55,046 nucleotides of DNA, taken from a gamma proteobacterium HTCC2207 (GTDB lineage: Bacteria; Pseudomonadota; Gammaproteobacteria; Pseudomonadales; Porticoccaceae). The stretch covers positions 1 through 55,046 of the forward strand of contig CAJJAS010000089.1 in the NCBI GenBank assembly GCA_905182245.1, in the 5' to 3' direction. The first letter of the stretch is position 1; each line of letters opens with the position of its first letter. The position numbers and the translations under genes are program-made. Shown here in pieces: positions 34,551-43,307 of the stretch. The notes under the pieces were generated by a model that ran no database searches, had not been told where the DNA came from, and saw only the letters and a list, made by a program, of their open reading frames with translations.

Positions 34551-35888
34551 TTAAGCTTGATCTAACTGACCGGTAAGTTGCACCATCATTTTTTGACTGT
34601 GCTCGAGGTTTACCGAGGCGTCGCTGCCTTGCTGTAACAAAGCTTCCATGGCTGGTCTCAGACGAATTGCCTCGTCCAGATCAGGGTTGGTGCCCGCCTC
34701 ATAGGCGCCTACCTGAATCAGGTCCTGATTCTGTTGGTAGAGTGTCCATAGACGTCGAAAGCGGTTAGCTGACTTTAATAGGGTGGTGGGGACTAGATTA
34801 TTCATGACACGAGAAATTGAACCGGCCAAATCTATCGCTGGATAATGGGCAGCATCTGCTAATTGCCGAGATAACATGACCTGTCCATCCAGTGAGGCCC
34901 GGGCAATATCAACAATGGGATCAGATCGATCATCGCCTTCGGCCAATACCGTATACATTGCGGTGATAGAGCCAAAACCATTGCGCCCTACCCCGGCTCT
35001 TTCAATAAGTCGTGGCAACAGGGCAAACACTGAGGGCGGATAACCTTTGGCTGTGGGTGGCTCGCCAATCGCCAGGCCGATTTCTCGCTGGGCATGGGCC
35101 ACACGGGTGAGGCTGTCGCAGAGCATTAATACATTCTGCCCACGATCTCGAAAATACTCGGCAATCAGGTGGGTCAGGTTTGTGGCTTTTAGTCTAAGCA
35201 CTGGTGAAACATTTGCGGGGGCGGCAATGACTACAGCTTTGGCTAAGCCTTTGTCACCCAGTATTTGATGGATAAATTCCTGCACTTCACGACCACGCTC
35301 GCCGATAAGTCCGATTACCACCACGTCTGCTTCCGTGTTGCGGGTCAACATACCTAGCAGCACACTTTTACCCACACCGGAGCCGGCAACCAGACCCATT
35401 CGCTGACCCTGACCAATGGTCAGGCAGGTATTAATCGCCTTGATACCGGTATCGAGTATTTTGTTGATCGGCCCCCGCTCCATGGGGTTAATGGCTAGGC
35501 CTTCAAGACCCAGCTGGTCGGTGTAATCTATGGGGCCTTTGCCGTCGATCGGCTGACCCAGTCCATCGATAACTCGACCCAGTAAGCCGCGACCCAATGA
35601 GGCTTTGGAGTGATTGGAACGGACCCACACGCGAGCACCGGGGCCTATGCCGCCGGGTTCGGTGTAGGGCATTAAATAGAGTAGATCGTCGTGAAAGCCA
35701 ACCACTTCTGCATCGATAAAGGTGCCCTGGTCAATATTTTCGACCTGACAGTGAGCGCCTAAGGGGGCAATAATACCCTTGGCTTCGAGGGTTAAACCAA
35801 CAACGCGCACGAGCTTACCGCTGGTGGAAACCTCTGGGGAGCGCAGTTTGGAAACGACTTCGTCAACCTGGGCAGTAAAATCAAGCAT
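34551..35888 (-). CDS. fliI: Flagellar export ATPase
   Basis: AGSGVGKS, LIGERGREV, DSLTRVAHAQREIGLAIGEPP. Probable ATG at 35888 overlapping the fliH end; ORF open from 35909. Confidence 0.98.
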   Translation of the reverse strand: MLDFTAQVDEVVSKLRSPEVSTSGKLVRVVGLTLEAKGIIAPLGAHCQVENIDQGTFIDAEVVGFHDDLLYLMPYTEPGGIGPGARVWVRSNHSKASLGRGLLGRVIDGLGQPIDGKGPIDYTDQLGLEGLAINPMERGPINKILDTGIKAINTCLTIGQGQRMGLVAGSGVGKSVLLGMLTRNTEADVVVIGLIGERGREVQEFIHQILGDKGLAKAVVIAAPANVSPVLRLKATNLTHLIAEYFRDRGQNVLMLCDSLTRVAHAQREIGLAIGEPPTAKGYPPSVFALLPRLIERAGVGRNGFGSITAMYTVLAEGDDRSDPIVDIARASLDGQVMLSRQLADAAHYPAIDLAGSISRVMNNLVPTTLLKSANRFRRLWTLYQQNQDLIQVGAYEAGTNPDLDEAIRLRPAMEALLQQGSDASVNLEHSQKMMVQLTGQLDQA

Positions 35889-36966
35889 TGGGGTCTTCCG
35901 CATCGCCATCTAGGGGGTTTTTATCTAGCGGGGCTTCATCTATTGGTATTTCGTTAGAGGTTTGTTCATCAAGGGCTTGTTCGTCAAGAGCAGAATCATC
36001 GAAAGCGGCCCCTTCAATAGGGTGCTCTTCAACAACAGCCTCATCTATGACCGTTTCATCTAAAAAGTCTTGGCCATCAGTAATGGGGTCATTTATTTCA
36101 ATCGCCTTTTCAACCACAGGATTGGCGAAGTTACTGTCAAATTGTGAGCTGTCTTTAGCCTCGCGCTTGCCTGACCCATAGCCGAGCAACTGCTCTGATA
36201 GATGCTCAAGGCGATGCTCCATTAGGTCTTCAATCGCACTGTCGTCAATACTCACTTTGACGCTGCCCTGAGATAAATCATGGTCGACCCGTAAGTCGAG
36301 GCCGTCCAGTTCTCCACTGAGGTGGGCGCTAAATTTTTCTAGGTCGACGGGATGTAGGCGAATAATAATTGGCCCTTCGCCCTGCTGCTCGACGTCTTTT
36401 AAGGCCTCTTTCGTCAGGCGCTCTATGGCTGCGGATGACAGTGTTAGCTCTCCACGAACCAGCTGTTCGGCTAGGTGTAGGGCAAGCTTTTTTAGAGGCG
36501 CATAGAATTCGGTCATATCATCTTGCGCGGTGCGGATAGACTGGGTCAACTCGACAAAAGCCTCTCGGGCCTCTGCCCATTTTGCCTCGCTATCTGCTGT
36601 ACCCTGCTCCATCCCACACTGATAACCCTCTTCATAAGAGTCTCGCTTGGCCTGCTCTGCTACGGCTTCAACAACCATGGCCTGTTCTTCAACCTGAGCT
36701 TCTTCAAGCTCGGCCGCGTCCTGTAATTGCTGTGCCTCTACTTCTTCCGAGTCTTGTAGCTCCTCTTCAGGTAGAGGCTCTACCTCAATGGGGCGCTCGG
36801 GTTCGAGATTGACAACCAGAGGCTGCCAATGGGCAAATTTTTGGCTCTCGGCTTCTTGCTCTGGCGGCTGCCAGGATGCCGCTGCAAAGGCTTTGGCTTT
36901 CTTGCCGGCCTTTAGCAGGTCATTGAGACGCCAGCTCACCGAGGGTGATTGATCAGACAAAGTCAT
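35881..36966 (-). CDS. fliH: Flagellar assembly protein FliH with an acidic C-terminal extension
   Basis: SYEEGYQCGMEQG (GxxxG repeats), LAEQLVRGEL, IRLHPVD, DHDLSQGSVKV; lies between fliG and fliI. Confidence 0.9.
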   Translation of the reverse strand: MTLSDQSPSVSWRLNDLLKAGKKAKAFAAASWQPPEQEAESQKFAHWQPLVVNLEPERPIEVEPLPEEELQDSEEVEAQQLQDAAELEEAQVEEQAMVVEAVAEQAKRDSYEEGYQCGMEQGTADSEAKWAEAREAFVELTQSIRTAQDDMTEFYAPLKKLALHLAEQLVRGELTLSSAAIERLTKEALKDVEQQGEGPIIIRLHPVDLEKFSAHLSGELDGLDLRVDHDLSQGSVKVSIDDSAIEDLMEHRLEHLSEQLLGYGSGKREAKDSSQFDSNFANPVVEKAIEINDPITDGQDFLDETVIDEAVVEEHPIEGAAFDDSALDEQALDEQTSNEIPIDEAPLDKNPLDGDAEDPNA

Positions 36967-38029
36967 CTCCTCGTCCTGCCAGTACTAGATCACCTGAATC
37001 AGATAACTTACGAGCAAGGCGCATGATAGATTTTTGTGCGTCTTCCACATCGGTAATACGGATGGGGCCCTTGGCTTCCATATCGTCAAGGAACATAATC
37101 TTGGCGCGCTGGGACATGTTGTCGAGGAACTTGTCCTTAACCACTTCATCGGCACCCTTCAGTGCGGTCATCAGCATATCTTGCTCAATATTACGCATTA
37201 GTACCTGCACGCTGCGATTATCGACACCAGACAGGTTGTCGAATGTAAACATGCTGTCCTGAATTTTCATGGCCAGACCTTCGTCGAGGTTAGTTACACC
37301 ACTCATGATTGAGGTTTCTAAATCGACCTTGGTAAAGTTCATAATTTTTGCTGCCGTGGAGACACCGCCAAAGCTTGAAGACTTAGCTGATGAGCTACTC
37401 GAAAACTGCTGCGTCATAATACCTTCGAGTTCTTCCATGGCTGAGGGCTGAACTGTTTCCAGACTTGCCACTCGCTGCATGATTTCGGGACGATTTTCCT
37501 TGGGTAGGAAGTTAAGTACGTCGGCAGCTACATCGTATTCCAGTACCGAGAGAATAATCGCCACGACCTGTGGATGCTCTTCGCGGATCATTTCGCCAAT
37601 TGAACGGGCATCCATCCAGCGCAGTATCTCGAGGCCTTTGCTCGATGAGCCAGGCATAATTCTACCCAGTACGGTGGCGGCTTTATCTTCGCCCAATGCG
37701 CGCTTAAGCACATTCTCGACGTAGTCGGTGGTACCCAAACCAAGGTTGGTCTGGTTTTTAATGGTGGCGACAAAGTCGTCTAGTACAATATTTACCGCTT
37801 CCTGGGACAGATCGGCTACACCGACCATCGCGCCACCCAGCGACTGAACTTCACGAGGATTGAGGTAGCGAATAATATCTGCTGCCTGCTGTTCTCCGAG
37901 CAGCAGCGTTATTACTGCGGCGCGCTGGGTAGTAGTCATTTCATCCAGCTCTTTCTGTAGCGCTTCAGAGATCGGCACCTCTTCTTTTTCTAGTGCCGGA
38001 TCCTGCGCTTTTGCTTTTGCATCTGCCAT
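36953..38029 (-). CDS. fliG: Rotor/switch protein
   Basis: EEHPQVVAIILS, FGGVSTAAKIMN, MFTFDNL, ALKGA, NMSQRA, DVEDAQKSI. Confidence 0.98.
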   Translation of the reverse strand: MADAKAKAQDPALEKEEVPISEALQKELDEMTTTQRAAVITLLLGEQQAADIIRYLNPREVQSLGGAMVGVADLSQEAVNIVLDDFVATIKNQTNLGLGTTDYVENVLKRALGEDKAATVLGRIMPGSSSKGLEILRWMDARSIGEMIREEHPQVVAIILSVLEYDVAADVLNFLPKENRPEIMQRVASLETVQPSAMEELEGIMTQQFSSSSSAKSSSFGGVSTAAKIMNFTKVDLETSIMSGVTNLDEGLAMKIQDSMFTFDNLSGVDNRSVQVLMRNIEQDMLMTALKGADEVVKDKFLDNMSQRAKIMFLDDMEAKGPIRITDVEDAQKSIMRLARKLSDSGDLVLAGRGDDFV

Positions 38030-38050
38030 TTTATTGTCTCCTCGCCTGTC

Positions 38051-39892
38051 TTATACAGGTCGAATCATTTTCTTGAGTACGTTGGCGACTCGACCGGAGT
38101 CTTCAGCTACTAGCAATCGCACTAGCGCAACCTTGTCATCGTATGTGTTGGCCGTATCCAGCATATCAGCGGATATGGTTGATTTCTTCGGCTTGAGCTT
38201 GGCTTTAATGTCCTCAAGGGATTCGCCGTCTCCAAGTTCAATCATGTTCAATTCAGCCTGACTTAGCTCGCCATCTTTCATGCTATCTGTGCCATCTTCT
38301 GCAAGGATCTCTGTGTCAGGCAAGTAAGCCCTGATAATAGGTCTTACAACAATAACCAGTAAAGCGATAAAGATAAGCGCGGCTGCGAGGCTCTGTAGGG
38401 CGCTCATCAGCTGGGCATTTTCGTACCAGGCATACTGAGCTTCTATGACCTTTGGCTTTTCGAACTTGGCCGCAATAATGGTCACTACGTCACCGCGTTG
38501 CTCGTCATAACCAATAACGCCTTTAACGAGGTCGGTAAAGCGTTCAATTTCTAATTCCGAGAAGCCCTCGGCTACGGCGGTACCGTCGAGCTCTTGACCC
38601 TCGTCCCCAGTGGTCGATGTGTTAACAGGCTGATTGATGACGACAGCAACGGAAATGCGATCGAGAATGCCGCCCTGACGTTTAACATGGCGTACGGCAC
38701 GGTCCATTTCATAGTTGCGTGTGGTTTTGCTGCTCAATGTACTCATGTTTGCAGCTTCAGCTGCGCCTGGCGCCTCCGACACTAACTGGCCATCAACAAC
38801 GGCCACGGGATCTAGGGGAGCTGTATTTGATGTGGCACCTGGAACACCGCGGGCATCTCTGGTGGAGCCCTTTTCGATAGCCAGTATTTCAGAGCGCGCT
38901 CTGGGGCCATTGTCGTTGCCGTCGTACTCTTCGTAGGTGGATTCAATTTCGGTAAAGTCCATCTGTACATCAACTTCAGCGCGCACATTGCCGGTACCCA
39001 CAACAGGGGTAAGCAGGGCATCAATACGACTGCGGTAGCTATCTTCGAGACGTTGCTGATGCTCCATTTGAACGGAGTTAAGCTGCATGGAAGCAAAGTT
39101 GTTGGCGTCGGTTAATAGCTTGCCGCGCTGATCTACCACCACAACATCTTCTGCGGCGAGATAGGGAATACTAGAGGAAACCATGTGGGTAATGGCTTCT
39201 ACCTGAGAGGCCGACACTCTTCGGCCTGGAAAAGGCGACACAACCACTGAGGCTTTCGCTGGGGTACGGTCACGGACAAATACGCTCTGCTTGGGTGAAG
39301 CTAGGTGCACGCGTGCCGACTGGATAGTAGAAATCTGACTAATGCTGCGTCCCAACTCTTGCTCCATTGCCGAGACATAACGCACCTGTTCCATAAACTG
39401 GCTGCTGGTCATGGAGGCGTCTTCACTCAATGAATCCATACCGCCAACATTGCCGCCCTGAGGTAGGCCTCTTGATGCAAGAAAGATTCTGGCTTCGTGA
39501 TATCGGGTATCTGGCACTTTTAGCTCGCCGGTTTGCGGATCAATTTTAGCGCTGTAATCGGCGCTGGAAAGCGCTTCAAATGCCGCTTGGCGATCTGCTT
39601 CAGAAAGTCCGGGATAAACCACTCGGTAAGCCGGCTCCTGAACCCACGAATAGGCAATAATAAAAACTGCAATCGTGAGCAGAGCAATAATTGCCGGCAT
39701 GGATTTACGCACCGCGGGCTGATCCAGTACCTGACGAATGCTAGGCATGGAGGTTGTTGATGCCGAAGCCTCAGGTGCTGCTGGCATAGCTTGTCCTCGG
39801 GCCGATCCTGCCATTGGCGCGGGTACCTGGGCATTGCCTTCAGCATTTGCCGGGACATTCAGATCATTTGGGTTTGCGACTGTAGTTGCCAT
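38051..39892 (-). CDS. fliF: MS-ring protein
   Basis: Two TMs; EQELGRSI...SARVHLA, KASVVV, TRNYEMDR, IGYDEQRGDVV. Confidence 0.97.
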   Translation of the reverse strand: MATTVANPNDLNVPANAEGNAQVPAPMAGSARGQAMPAAPEASASTTSMPSIRQVLDQPAVRKSMPAIIALLTIAVFIIAYSWVQEPAYRVVYPGLSEADRQAAFEALSSADYSAKIDPQTGELKVPDTRYHEARIFLASRGLPQGGNVGGMDSLSEDASMTSSQFMEQVRYVSAMEQELGRSISQISTIQSARVHLASPKQSVFVRDRTPAKASVVVSPFPGRRVSASQVEAITHMVSSSIPYLAAEDVVVVDQRGKLLTDANNFASMQLNSVQMEHQQRLEDSYRSRIDALLTPVVGTGNVRAEVDVQMDFTEIESTYEEYDGNDNGPRARSEILAIEKGSTRDARGVPGATSNTAPLDPVAVVDGQLVSEAPGAAEAANMSTLSSKTTRNYEMDRAVRHVKRQGGILDRISVAVVINQPVNTSTTGDEGQELDGTAVAEGFSELEIERFTDLVKGVIGYDEQRGDVVTIIAAKFEKPKVIEAQYAWYENAQLMSALQSLAAALIFIALLVIVVRPIIRAYLPDTEILAEDGTDSMKDGELSQAELNMIELGDGESLEDIKAKLKPKKSTISADMLDTANTYDDKVALVRLLVAEDSGRVANVLKKMIRPV

Positions 39893-39914
39893 AATTCTAT
39901 TCTCTGTTCAGTTC

Positions 39915-40262
39915 TTAAACTGGCATGTTCATAATTTCTTCGTAAGCCTTGAGTACTTTGTTTCTTATCTGAAGCGTTGCTTCAAAGGCTAACGATGACT
40001 TCTGCATACTCATAACCACATCGGTAAGGGGAATATCTTCACCTCGCTCGTAGGCTGTACGCTGTGTTTTTGCGGTTTGCTGCGTGGCATTTACTTCCTG
40101 CAACGCGCCTTTAATACTGTCTGCAAAACCGGCAGTTCCCGTAGCTTTAACATCACCTGTCGCCTCTGGGGATAGGTTGATGCCCGCTGCGGCCTGGCCC
40201 TGATACTGGCGAATTTGGCTCAGTACGGATTCGATATTGCCTGCATTAGTTGGATTTATCAT
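39915..40262 (-). CDS. fliE: Hook-basal body protein
   Basis: LTDVVMSMQKSSLAFEATLQIRNKVLKAYEEIMNMPV. Confidence 0.98.
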   Translation of the reverse strand: MINPTNAGNIESVLSQIRQYQGQAAAGINLSPEATGDVKATGTAGFADSIKGALQEVNATQQTAKTQRTAYERGEDIPLTDVVMSMQKSSLAFEATLQIRNKVLKAYEEIMNMPV

Positions 40263-40281
40263 GATCTAGTCTCCTGCCGCT

Positions 40282-41706
40282 CTATCGGGCGTAAGCGCGT
40301 GTGACAGAAACGCCCTGCTCGCGCAGCTTCTGTAACTTGTGACGCAATGTTCTAGGGCTAATACCCAGTCGTTCAGCAGCCTGATCACGACTGCGTGATG
40401 ATTGCAGCGCTGCCATAATGCTCTGGCACTCACTGTTCTTAACTGCCTGATTAAGTGGCTCGTTTTGCATCGGGGCCGAATTGCCGTAATAGGGCTGGGC
40501 ATCAATCCGATCTGGTTGGCGACTAAAATATCCATTGGCCTGAACCACAGCGCGCTGCTGTTCAAACTCATCGGCAATTGGCATGTCGTCAAAGATAAGA
40601 TGTTGGCTGTCAATGGGACCCTGATTACAGAGCACCATAGCTCTGATTACGACATTTTGTAATTCACGTACATTGCCAGGCCATCTGTAGGTAACCAGTA
40701 ATTGCTGGGCTTCGCTAGTCATTCTCGCAGGCTGGCCTTCCATGATTTGTTGGCTCATAAACTGCTCAACAAGAGGCAGAATATCCAATGGGCGATCGCG
40801 CAGTGGCGGAATGGTTAATTTGAAGGCACTTAGACGAAAATAAAGATCTTCGCGGAAGCTGCGCTCGGCAATGGCATTTTTTAAATTGCGGTTGGTGGCG
40901 GCAATCACTCTTACATCTAAGTCTATGGATTTTTGGCCGCCGATTCGCACCACTGATCGCTCTTGTAAAATACGCAGCAGCTTAGCCTGGAGGTGGAATG
41001 ACATCTCACCGATTTCATCTAAGAATATGGTGCCGCCCTGGGCCTGCTCAAAGAGTCCGGGCTGAACCTTAGTGGCGCCTGTAAATGAGCCCTTCTCATG
41101 ACCAAAGAGCATGTCTTCAATCAGATTTTCAGGCATCGCGGCGCAGTTAAACGCAATAAAAGGGCCCTCATAACGGGGGGATGCGTCATGTAATATACGG
41201 GCCAAAACCTCTTTGCCAGCACCGGTAGGACCGGTTAGCAAGACGGTTACATCAACCTGTGCCACACGCTCGGTTAAGGCGAGCAAGTTGCGGCTAACGG
41301 GATCGGCGAAAACAAACGCCTGTTGTTTTTCGCTCGGGGTAATTTTTGCCTGGGCAAATGTCTCGGTCCATTCAAATGCCGATTTTTGATCGCAGGAAAC
41401 AACAGTTAAAGCGCCCTGACTCATTGCCTCAATCCCAAGCTCAAACATCTCGCGAGGCACGCGGGCAACAATGGGTGCGATCGCATTCACAGATGCTTGC
41501 CTAGACTGTAGCTGTTTGAGCAAATCCACATTGCGGCTAAGACCCACCACCACAACATCGGCGCTGCTAATGTCTTCGTCACTTAGATTCGCAGAGGATG
41601 ACTGACTCACCGCCAAACCCTGAGCAGTAAACGCCGATAGCTCCACCGAGCTCAATTGCTCTAGCGGATCTAGCCACAGTACTGCCATTACATTGTTGTT
41701 TGCCAC
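40282..41706 (-). CDS. Sigma54-dependent activator in the FleR/FlrC position, with a degenerate receiver-like domain
   Basis: GPTGAGKE, GSFTGA, FLDEIGE, FREDLYFRL, WPGNVREL, HTH LGISPRTLRHKL. Probable start GTG 41706 (AAGG upstream); ORF open from 41733. Confidence 0.9.
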   Translation of the reverse strand: MANNNVMAVLWLDPLEQLSSVELSAFTAQGLAVSQSSSANLSDEDISSADVVVVGLSRNVDLLKQLQSRQASVNAIAPIVARVPREMFELGIEAMSQGALTVVSCDQKSAFEWTETFAQAKITPSEKQQAFVFADPVSRNLLALTERVAQVDVTVLLTGPTGAGKEVLARILHDASPRYEGPFIAFNCAAMPENLIEDMLFGHEKGSFTGATKVQPGLFEQAQGGTIFLDEIGEMSFHLQAKLLRILQERSVVRIGGQKSIDLDVRVIAATNRNLKNAIAERSFREDLYFRLSAFKLTIPPLRDRPLDILPLVEQFMSQQIMEGQPARMTSEAQQLLVTYRWPGNVRELQNVVIRAMVLCNQGPIDSQHLIFDDMPIADEFEQQRAVVQANGYFSRQPDRIDAQPYYGNSAPMQNEPLNQAVKNSECQSIMAALQSSRSRDQAAERLGISPRTLRHKLQKLREQGVSVTRAYAR

Positions 41707-41756
41707 ATTGTTACCTTTTTGCTTGGTTGCCACTTTGAGCGGTTATACCAAGAGAT

Positions 41757-41772
41757 AGCAATATGTGTGCCA
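41757..41772 (-). promoter_or_regulatory. Sigma54 promoter for the activator-fliE-fliJ operon
   Basis: Minus strand TGGCAC-ACATA-TTGCT, a perfect consensus; near-IHF site AAACAATGAGTTA at 41791-41803. Confidence 0.9.
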
Positions 41773-41824
41773 AAAACTTTTATTGTTTAGAAACAATGAG
41801 TTACATGAATAGCGGCAAGGAAGT

Positions 41825-41863
41825 GTCAATAATCTGCCAGTGGCAAGCGGTCGGCTATTTGAC
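41825..41863. promoter_or_regulatory. Two putative FleQ-type activator boxes
   Basis: GTCAATAATCTGCC (41825-41838) and GTCGGCTATTTGAC (41850-41863) resemble the GTC-N8-GAC FleQ box and sit 50-90 bp upstream of the sigma54 site. Confidence 0.5.
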
Positions 41864-41964
41864 AGGGAAGTGGCAGAGAAAACTCTGGAAGTAGGCCGAC
41901 ATGAGTGGCAATGCCTGGCCGCATTGGCAAGGTTAGGAGAGTTAGGAGAGTTGATTTGGCCGAG

Positions 41965-43083
41965 TTAGGAGGTTTCGGAGAGACCGTATTTATTAATTTT
42001 TTCAATCAGCGTGGTGCGCTGTAAATTAAGCAGTCGGGCAGTTTTAGACACATTACCCTCAGCTCTGCCCAGAGCTTGCTTGATTAGACTGCGCTCTATT
42101 TCCAGCAAGTGCTGCTTAAGTTGCATGCCCTGCTCAGGAAAAGAATCACCCCCCTGCGCCAGCATAATCACGCGCTGAACTTCATCGAGAGGCACTGGTT
42201 CGATACTGGCGTCTATCTGTAACAGGGCCCCAGCCTCAACCGACTGATCGATCGGGGCAAAGCCGGTCATTAGGGTACTTAGGGCATCGCTGCCATTACT
42301 GTCGGCAATGGTACGTATACCCGATGGAATCATCGCCGACGGGACCTTGCGCAAATCAACCTGCTGACCCGGATAGAGTGCGCTGTATCGATCAACAAGG
42401 TTAGAAAGCTCACGGACATTACCAGGCCAGTCATACTGGATCAGCAGCTGCATAGAGCCACTAATCATGGTGATCGGTGGCTTATCTGCTTTGGCGTAAT
42501 GATTGGCAAAGTGCTCAAACAGGACCGGGATGTCTTCTCTGCGCTCCTGCAAGGCCTTAATTTCTATGGGCATCACGTTGAGGCGGTAAAATAGATCTTC
42601 ACGGAAATGACCCTGTTCAATAAGGGTCTCAACATTTTTATGGGTGGCGGCAACCACCCGCACATCGATATTGGTCGACTGCGTGGAACCGACAGGATCT
42701 ATGGTTCGCTCTTGCAGTACGCGCAGTAATTTAACCTGCAGGTCCATCGACATGTCGCCGATTTCGTCCAGAAACAGGGTGCCACCATTGGCGAGTTCAA
42801 AGCGGCCTTTGCGATCGGAGATAGCACCTGTAAAAGAGCCTTTGCGATGGCCAAACAGTTCACTTTCCAGCAAGTCTCTGGGTATGGCGCCACAGTTAAC
42901 CGGGATAAATGGCCCGCCAGCCCGTTCCGAGCAGCTATGCAGCGCCTTAGCCACCAGCTCTTTACCTGTGCCACTGTCGCCTAAAATCAGCGCCGTTGAA
43001 TCACTAGGACCCACGATTTCGATCAACGCGCGTAGCTCGTTGATCTCTCTGCTTGATCCGACAATTGATGCTAGCTTAGACAA
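41965..43083 (-). CDS. fleQ: FleQ/FlrA-like sigma54 activator lacking the N-terminal regulatory domain
   Basis: GDSGTGKE, VNCGAIP, GSFTGA, GRFELANGGTLFLDEIGDM, AATHKN, C-terminal LLNLQRTTLIEKINKYG. TTG start with an in-frame TGA two codons upstream. Confidence 0.8.
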   Translation of the reverse strand: MSKLASIVGSSREINELRALIEIVGPSDSTALILGDSGTGKELVAKALHSCSERAGGPFIPVNCGAIPRDLLESELFGHRKGSFTGAISDRKGRFELANGGTLFLDEIGDMSMDLQVKLLRVLQERTIDPVGSTQSTNIDVRVVAATHKNVETLIEQGHFREDLFYRLNVMPIEIKALQERREDIPVLFEHFANHYAKADKPPITMISGSMQLLIQYDWPGNVRELSNLVDRYSALYPGQQVDLRKVPSAMIPSGIRTIADSNGSDALSTLMTGFAPIDQSVEAGALLQIDASIEPVPLDEVQRVIMLAQGGDSFPEQGMQLKQHLLEIERSLIKQALGRAEGNVSKTARLLNLQRTTLIEKINKYGLSETS

Positions 43084-43307
43084 AAATCAATGTACTCATC
43101 AAATCCATGGGTGGGCGAAGCCGTTTCATCCATTGATTCAGCTAGTCATAATTATGGTCTCGAGTATAGATGTAAAAATAGCGGAGTTATACAGTTATGC
43201 AGCTATCTCATGCGATAACCTATATCTCAGCTTTAAAACTACTGACAGGCTGGCTCTCGTTAGGTACATTAGCAACCTCCAAAAATAAAAAATAAAGGGG
43301 AGTTTCG

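Noticed and set aside
41070-42845. GSFTGA instead of GAFTGA in both activators
   Set aside because: A common functional variant; the key Phe-Thr is kept and good sigma54 promoters are present.
43084-43307. Frameshifted remnant of the FleQ N-terminal domain (pseudogene)
   Set aside because: The gap is too short and I see no receiver-like sequence; the downstream domains are intact.
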